DNA from: an uncultured Chloroflexia bacterium
GTDB taxonomy: Bacteria; Chloroflexota; Limnocylindria; Limnocylindrales; CSP1-4
Length of the DNA stretch: 64,000 nt
Direction: 5' to 3'
Assembly (NCBI GenBank): GCA_963713975.1
Contig: OY970218.1
Location: forward strand, 1,504,001 to 1,568,000
The notes beneath the pieces were generated by a model. It made no database searches and was not told where the DNA came from. It saw only the letters and a list, made by a program, of their open reading frames with translations. The position numbers were made by a program, and so were the translations under genes. Of this stretch, positions 58,423-64,000 are shown one piece after another (position 1 is the first letter of the stretch; every line of letters starts with the position of its first letter).

Positions 58423-59694
58423 TTGACCCGGTCCCGACCCATCGGCCGCGCCCGACGCCCGGGCCTGCTCGCACTGCTGGTCGCCGTCCTGCTCGTCGCG
58501 TGTGGCACGCCTGCGCCAACGCCTGCGCCAACGCCTGCGCCCGCCACGCCGCTCGCTCCCGCGCCCACCACCTCCCCGACGCCAGGCGTCACCGCCGATC
58601 CGTCGATCGTCGCCGGGATGCCGTCGGCCGACCAGCTGGACACCCGCTGGGGCACCTACATCTCCGAACGCGAGTGGGGGAATCCGCGTGAGAGCCAGGG
58701 TGGCAACGGCTGGGGCATGTCGGTGCTGGAGGCCACGCGCCAGCCCTACCGGTTCGCCGAGGACGGGATCGCCGCCATCAGCGATGACCGCTGGCAGCAG
58801 CCGGACGGGCACGTCCCGTGCGCGGAGTGGGTGATCGAGGTGGAGTGCCCGCCCCTGTTCGCCTGGTCCGCGCTGCGGGTGGCGGCTGCCTACGACGCAG
58901 CGGGGCGAACGGCCGATGGCGATGCCTTCCTGGCGGAGCTGTACCCGCGCCTGGTGCTCCAGTACCGCTACTGGCAGGCGACGAACCCCGTCGCCGGCGA
59001 CCTCTACGCCGGAGGCTTCCTGGGCATGGACAACCTGCCCCGTGGCCAGGGCGTGGACGGCGTGCCGGCGGCGCAGGCCGACGGCTCGGCCTGGATGGCG
59101 GCGTTCGCCCGCGACCTCGCGACCATGGCGACACGCGTTGGCCGGGCGGACGATGCGCCGGGCTTCCTCGGCGACCGGGATCGCGTGGCCGAGGCCGTGA
59201 ATGCGCACCTGTGGGACGAGGAGTCCGGCTTCTACTACGACGCCACCGCCACCGGCCTGCTCAAGATCCAGTCGTACACCGGGCTGGTGCCGCTGATCGC
59301 CGGCATCGTGCCCCCGGACCGGATGCCCCGCGTCCTGGAGCCCATCCGGGACCCGTACAAGCTCCTCGCGGACGATGGGCTGCGCAGCATGTCCGTTCGC
59401 TCGCCGCACTACGCCCCCGGGTACGCCGGGCCCGGCACGAACTCCAACTGGCGGGGCCCGATCTGGTTGCCGTACAGCTATCTCGTGATCGAGGCGCTGC
59501 GGGAAGTGGATCCGGCGCTCGCCTCGGACATCACCGCCCGCACGATTACGATGGTCGAGAACAGTTGGACGAAGACGGGTCGCGTCTTCGAGTACTTCGA
59601 CGGCGAGCGGGGCACCGGGCTCGGCGCGGACGCCCAGGCCGGGTGGACGGCCGTCGTCGCGAACCTGATCGCCGAGGCGTATCCCGCGCCGTAG
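58423..59694 (+). CDS. GH63/MGH1-like glycoside hydrolase lipoprotein, apparently internally deleted
   Basis: Lipobox LLVAC; WGTYISEREWG, EDGIA.ISDD, GGFLGMDN, QADGSAWM, NSNWRGPIW, FEYFDG and QAGWT. Confidence 0.75.
   Translation: MTRSRPIGRARRPGLLALLVAVLLVACGTPAPTPAPTPAPATPLAPAPTTSPTPGVTADPSIVAGMPSADQLDTRWGTYISEREWGNPRESQGGNGWGMSVLEATRQPYRFAEDGIAAISDDRWQQPDGHVPCAEWVIEVECPPLFAWSALRVAAAYDAAGRTADGDAFLAELYPRLVLQYRYWQATNPVAGDLYAGGFLGMDNLPRGQGVDGVPAAQADGSAWMAAFARDLATMATRVGRADDAPGFLGDRDRVAEAVNAHLWDEESGFYYDATATGLLKIQSYTGLVPLIAGIVPPDRMPRVLEPIRDPYKLLADDGLRSMSVRSPHYAPGYAGPGTNSNWRGPIWLPYSYLVIEALREVDPALASDITARTITMVENSWTKTGRVFEYFDGERGTGLGADAQAGWTAVVANLIAEAYPAP
58507..58542 (+). repeat. 12-bp tandem repeat ACGCCTGCGCC(A/C) x3 (TPAP linker)
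   Basis: Direct reading. Confidence 0.9.
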
Positions 59695-59715
59695 GTCCAA
59701 GGAGGAGGAGCCACG

Positions 59716-60558
59716 ATGGCCGACGCCAAGGCCGCTGCCGACGGAGGGGCAGGGCGCGAGGAGCGCCGGGATGCCTTCGAGCTCAAGGGCGCTGCCTACG
59801 AGCTGTTCATCCTCATGCTCTCGACGCTGGCCATCGTCAACTCCGTGATCATCCTCCTCCCCGCGTCGGGGCCGGTCCGACAGGTGGCGCTCCTCACCGA
59901 CGTGATCCTCGTGCCCTTCCTCCTGTTCGACTTCGGGTATCGCCTGGCCACGGCATCGTCCAAGCGGGCCTACGTGGTCCGGGGCTCCGGCTGGGCGGAT
60001 CTGGTCGGCGTCGTGCCGGTGCTCGGGATCTTCCGGGCCTTCCGGGTGACCCGTGTCGTACGGCTCCTCCGGCGCCACGGCGTCGAGCGGACCCTGGGAG
60101 ACCTGGACGGGTCCAGGGCGACCGCCACGTTCCTGTTGACGCTGTTCCTGGTCGTGGCCGTGGTGGAGTTCGCTGGGATGGGCGTCTACCTCGCGGAGGT
60201 GTCGGCTCCGGGGTCCAACATCCACAGCGCGTCGGACGCCGTCTGGTGGGGCTTCGTCACCGTCACTACCGTCGGCTACGGCGACCAGTATCCCGTGACC
60301 AACATCGGCCGGACCATCGGCACCCTGCTCCTATTCACCGGTGTCGCCCTGTTCTCCGTCCTCACCGGGTTCATCGCAAACACGTTCCTGGCCCCCCGAC
60401 GGCGCAGGTTCGAGCCCAGCGTCCCATCCGACTCCGTGGAGGCCGACCTTCGAGCGCTCCGTGCGATGCTCGAGGACCAGGAGGACCGGGCCACCGCGAT
60501 GCGGCTTAAGCTCGGGGACGTGGAGCGGGCCGTGGCGAAGAAGGGCTCCGCCGAGTAG
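59716..60558 (+). CDS. 6-TM potassium channel / ion transporter
   Basis: WW.FVTVTTVGYGD selectivity filter; Arg-rich S4 RAFRVTRVVRLLRR. Confidence 0.92.
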   Translation: MADAKAAADGGAGREERRDAFELKGAAYELFILMLSTLAIVNSVIILLPASGPVRQVALLTDVILVPFLLFDFGYRLATASSKRAYVVRGSGWADLVGVVPVLGIFRAFRVTRVVRLLRRHGVERTLGDLDGSRATATFLLTLFLVVAVVEFAGMGVYLAEVSAPGSNIHSASDAVWWGFVTVTTVGYGDQYPVTNIGRTIGTLLLFTGVALFSVLTGFIANTFLAPRRRRFEPSVPSDSVEADLRALRAMLEDQEDRATAMRLKLGDVERAVAKKGSAE

Positions 60559-60658
60559 CGCCATGCCGACCGACTCGCGACCGCGCGGCCACTCATCGCC
60601 CGATCCCGCACGCCGTCCCGGCGACCGGGCTCGCGTCCGCCGCCTCGTCGAGCGCGAC

Positions 60659-62089
60659 ATGGCCGCACTCCGCCCGGGCGAGCAGCGCGGCTGGTGGCTC
60701 CGTGACGCCCTCGCCGCTGATCCCGGCACCCCCTGCCCGCCGCCCGCGTGGGATGCCACGGCGGACGTCGTCGTCATCGGCGGCGGCTACACCGGCCTGT
60801 GGACGGCGTGGTGGCTCACGGAGCACGACCCGGGCGCCCGCGTCACCATCCTCGAGGCGGACATCGTGGGCGGCGGTGCCAGCGGCCGCAATGGCGGGTT
60901 CCTCACGGGCTGGTGGGACAGCCTGCCCGAGCTGGTCGCCAACTACGGGGAGGAGCCGGGCCTCGCAGCGGCCCGGGCGCTGGACGACGTCGCGGGATGG
61001 ATGGCGCGGTGGGCAGACAGCACCGGCGTGGATGCGAAGCTCGTGCGGGGCGGCACCCTCGTCGTGAGCACGTCGCCCGTCCAGGATGACGCCTGGGCCG
61101 GGATCCTGGAGCTGGCCGAGCAACTGGGCGTGGAGGACCACTTCCTCGCCCGGACGCCCGAGGACGTCCGGGCCCGGTGTGCTTCCCCAGTCCTGCGCGG
61201 CGGGATGCTGGTTCCCGGTGATGCCCAGGTCCATCCGGCTCGCCTGGCCCGCGGCCTCCGTCGCGTGCTCCTGGACCGTGGCGTCGTCATCCACGAGGGC
61301 ACGCGGGTGACCGGGACCCGCCCCGATGGTGCCGGTGTCCGGGTCGAGACGGCGCTGGGCCCGGCCATCCGCGCTGGTCGCGCCGTGCTGGCCCTCAACG
61401 CCTGGGCCGCCGGCTGGAAGCGCGGCGGCTTCGGCAGCCGGATGATCACCTGGTCGTCGTACATGGCGGTGACGGAGCCGATCCCGGAGCGCCTCGAGGA
61501 GATCGGCTGGACGGGTGGCGAGGCGATCACCGACTGCCGGTTCACGAACCACTACTTCCGGACGACGCACGATGGGCGGATCGCGTTCGGTGGGGGCGGC
61601 GGCCGGGCCGGCTACGGCGGGCAGATGGGGGACTGGGTCACGGCCGACCGTGACTCGGCGGCGCTCGCGGCGCGCGGGTTCCGACGGATCTTCCCCATGC
61701 TGGACGATGTCCGGCTGGTGGATGCCTGGGGTGGCCCGATCGATATCGCTCCGAACCACCTGCCGGCGTTCGGGACGCTCGACGGCGGGCGCGTCCACTG
61801 GGGCCACGGGTACTCGGGGTCGGGCGTGGGGCCCAGCTGGCTGGGCGGCCGCATCCTGGCGGCGCTCGCCCAGGACCGGCTGGACGATCCGGTCGCGAGG
61901 CTGCCGATGGTCGGTCACCGACCGCGACGGTTCCCACCCGAGCCACTCCGGTTCCTGGGCGCACGCGTCATCAGGGAGGCGATCGTCGCCAAGGAGCAGC
62001 GCGACGACGAGGGCGGCTACGTGCCGCCGCCGCTGCGCTGGCTCGTGCGGCTGCCCCGGGTGATGGGCTACGACCTCGGCCCGGAGTAG
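60659..62089 (+). CDS. FAD-dependent oxidoreductase (DAO/PuuB-OrdL-like)
   Basis: IGGGYTGLWTA, GASGRNGG, HPARLARGL and GYSGSGVGP; alternative start at 60563. Confidence 0.88.
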   Translation: MAALRPGEQRGWWLRDALAADPGTPCPPPAWDATADVVVIGGGYTGLWTAWWLTEHDPGARVTILEADIVGGGASGRNGGFLTGWWDSLPELVANYGEEPGLAAARALDDVAGWMARWADSTGVDAKLVRGGTLVVSTSPVQDDAWAGILELAEQLGVEDHFLARTPEDVRARCASPVLRGGMLVPGDAQVHPARLARGLRRVLLDRGVVIHEGTRVTGTRPDGAGVRVETALGPAIRAGRAVLALNAWAAGWKRGGFGSRMITWSSYMAVTEPIPERLEEIGWTGGEAITDCRFTNHYFRTTHDGRIAFGGGGGRAGYGGQMGDWVTADRDSAALAARGFRRIFPMLDDVRLVDAWGGPIDIAPNHLPAFGTLDGGRVHWGHGYSGSGVGPSWLGGRILAALAQDRLDDPVARLPMVGHRPRRFPPEPLRFLGARVIREAIVAKEQRDDEGGYVPPPLRWLVRLPRVMGYDLGPE

Positions 62090-62147
62090 GGCCGGCCCCA
62101 GGTCGCGGGCCGCCGCGGGCTGTGTCCGGCGCTGTCGCGGGCCGCCG

Positions 62148-62403
62148 CGGGTTTCCGGGATCGTCCCGGTGAATCGGGACCTTGGACCCTCCGTGGCCTC
62201 ACCGCTTCATGGGAAGGTGGGTGCACGCGAGGCTCGCGGTCCGCAGGTACGAGCAAACCGACCGCCGGCTCCGAACTGGCCGATCACCCGATCCGGTAGA
62301 CCTTCGCGGCACCGGAGACCGGGACCACCGGCCGACCTGGAGCACTGGCAGGACCGCGAGCCCGCTGTTTCATGTCCGGGACTGGGTCGCTCGATGGAAC
62401 CCG
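62148..62403 (-). ncRNA. candidate structured non-coding RNA (unassigned)
   Basis: Nested inverted repeats form a long rod, with G-U pairs favouring the minus strand (see findings). Confidence 0.4.
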
Positions 62404-62421
62404 TTGTCGCGTCGGCGCGTC
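62396..62421 (+). promoter_or_regulatory. ECF-sigma-type promoter GGAACC-N16-CGTC
   Basis: Matches the common ECF GGAAC..CGTC pattern, 8 nt before ATG 62430. Confidence 0.45.
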
Positions 62422-62429
62422 AGCGGCCA

Positions 62430-63170
62430 ATGCGAACCCTGCGCCTGAAGCGAACCCTGAGACCTGCCGGCCCCTTGGTGCTCGCCGTCATCGCGCTGCT
62501 CTTCGCCGCCTGCTCGGGCGCTGGTTCGACACCGGCACCCAGCGTCGGGACAGTCGAGTCACCGGACGCGGCGATGGCCGCCGTGCGGGCCCGGTCGCCG
62601 CTGTTCGACGGGATCGGGCGACGAAACCCGGACCTCATCGGCCAGGGCTCGTGGTGGGAGGCAGAGCGGCTGGACGCGGGATCGCCACTTTCCGACTGGC
62701 GCGTGACCGTCGAGGTGGGCTGGGGCGACTGCCCGGCAGGCTGCATCGACCGGCACATCTGGACCTGGGACGTGGCCCCGGGTGGCGATCTCGTCTTCGT
62801 CGCCGAGGAAGGCTCGCCACTGACCGAGGACATGCTGACCGAGCTCCACGCGGCGTCAACCTCGACCGGCGTGGGCGGGCGGGCGACCGGGGGCCCCACC
62901 TGCCCCGTGGAGCGGCCCGGCGATCCGGCCTGCGCGCCGCGCATGGTCGCTGGGGCGGTGCTCACAATCCGCGACGTCACCGGAGCCGAGGCCGCTCGCT
63001 TCACTTCGGACGGCTCGGGCCTGTACCGGATCGTCCTGGCCCCCGGCGACTACACCCTGGAGGCGAGCCCGGTCGAGGGGTTCATGGGCACGCCGGGTCC
63101 CGCGCCACTCACCGTCGCCGCTGGCGCCGAGACCTGGCTGGACGTCCCCTACGACACCGGCATCCGCTGA
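62430..63170 (+). CDS. secreted lipoprotein with Cys motifs and carboxypeptidase-regulatory-like beta domain
   Basis: Lipobox FAAC; GWGDCPAGC, GPTCPVE..C and SDGSGLYRI.L.PGDY. Confidence 0.7.
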   Translation: MRTLRLKRTLRPAGPLVLAVIALLFAACSGAGSTPAPSVGTVESPDAAMAAVRARSPLFDGIGRRNPDLIGQGSWWEAERLDAGSPLSDWRVTVEVGWGDCPAGCIDRHIWTWDVAPGGDLVFVAEEGSPLTEDMLTELHAASTSTGVGGRATGGPTCPVERPGDPACAPRMVAGAVLTIRDVTGAEAARFTSDGSGLYRIVLAPGDYTLEASPVEGFMGTPGPAPLTVAAGAETWLDVPYDTGIR

Positions 63171-63267
63171 GCCCCGGTGAGTTCGTGAGCCGCACCCCGT
63201 AGGCGCCGAAGGGGCTTGGTGAGACGACCCCACACGTGCCCGCCGCCTGCTGGGCGGTTCGGGCTGC

Positions 63268-64000
63268 TCAGGACTCCTCGGGCGCCTCCGCCGGGAGCCT
63301 GATCGTGAAGGTCGCGCCGCGACCGAAGCGAGCCGGTTCCAGCACCAGGTCGCCGCCCATCGCCCGGCACAGCTCCCGCGACATGTAGAGCCCGATGCCG
63401 GATCCCTCGCCGGCCGGTCGGCCGGTACCGCGCTCGAAGCGGCCGAACAGCCGGCCGCGATCCGCTTCCGTCACCCCGGGCCCGCGATCGGCAATGGCGA
63501 TCGTCATCTCGCCGGCATCCGGATCGAGGCCCACGGCCACGCTCACCGGGGTCCGGCCTCCGTAGCTCACGGCGTTGTCCAGGATGGCCCACAGGACCTG
63601 GTCCAGCTGGTCCGGGTCGCCCAGGGCGAGCCACCCCGCGGACCGGTCCTCCAGCGTGAAGGTGATGTCCACGGCCCCGAGGGCCTCCCACGTGCGCCGC
63701 ACCCGCGGCACGGCCGCGAAGACCTCGAGGCGCGAGCGCAGGGCCCCGGACTCGAGCCGGCTGACGGTCAGCAGCTGGCGGACCATGCGCGACAGGCGGT
63801 CCGCCTGCTCGATCATGATGTCGAGACGCCGGTCCGCCCGCTCGGCCGCCAGCTGCTGGGCATAGCCCCGGATGCTGGCGAGGGGGGTCTGCAGGTTGTG
63901 CGAGACGCCGCGCAGGAAGTCGTCCTTCGCCTGATCCAGGTTCACCAGTCGGCGGTTCTGCGCCTCCACCCGGGCGTAGAGCTCGGCATTGCGCATGGCC
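63268..64000 (-). CDS. sensor histidine kinase, 5'-truncated by window
   Basis: SHNLQTPL (H box), LDNAVSY (N box), DRGPG (G1) and GSGIGL (G2). Confidence 0.93.
   Translation of the reverse strand, partial: AMRNAELYARVEAQNRRLVNLDQAKDDFLRGVSHNLQTPLASIRGYAQQLAAERADRRLDIMIEQADRLSRMVRQLLTVSRLESGALRSRLEVFAAVPRVRRTWEALGAVDITFTLEDRSAGWLALGDPDQLDQVLWAILDNAVSYGGRTPVSVAVGLDPDAGEMTIAIADRGPGVTEADRGRLFGRFERGTGRPAGEGSGIGLYMSRELCRAMGGDLVLEPARFGRGATFTIRLPAEAPEES

Overview
High-GC bacterial DNA. Gene style (ATEAP/TPAP-linker lipoproteins, leaderless genes) suggests Chloroflexota or an Actinobacteria-like lineage, which is an inference. The window has three parts. (1) 1-15.0 kb: ordinary membrane/stress genes (CLC, AI-2E, holin-like/phosphodiesterase fusion, PAP2, CPA1 antiporter, RidA, MFS, MscL), ending at tRNA-Thr(CGT). 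(2) ~15.3-55.3 kb: a ~40 kb accessory catabolic region. Its left module has one corrinoid (B12-binding) protein, five divergent URO-D/MtaA-CmuA-fold proteins, SDR, Gfo/Idh/MocA and cupin genes and a FadR regulator. Next comes a ribose-type sugar ABC importer. The right module has a mutarotase-like protein, lactonase, enolase-family dehydratase, FAH, SDRs, ThDP E1a/E1b/E2, an acetoacetate-decarboxylase-like protein, FMN L-lactate dehydrogenase, GlcDEF and DmpFG, plus a second GntR. Two recurring operator-like motifs meet at the ABC promoter, which suggests one regulon. The best hypothesis is B12-dependent demethylation of O-methylated or deoxy sugars feeding non-phosphorylative sugar-acid breakdown. 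Several pseudogenes show ongoing decay. (3) 55.5-64 kb: an ATPase/PD-(D/E)xK-like protein, PAS adenylate cyclase, internally shortened GH63-like lipoprotein, K+ channel, FAD oxidoreductase, a ~255 nt strongly base-paired intergenic element (candidate ncRNA), a lipoprotein and a partial histidine kinase. I saw no integrase, transposase, CRISPR array or rRNA. All calls come from reading motifs by eye; no searches were run.
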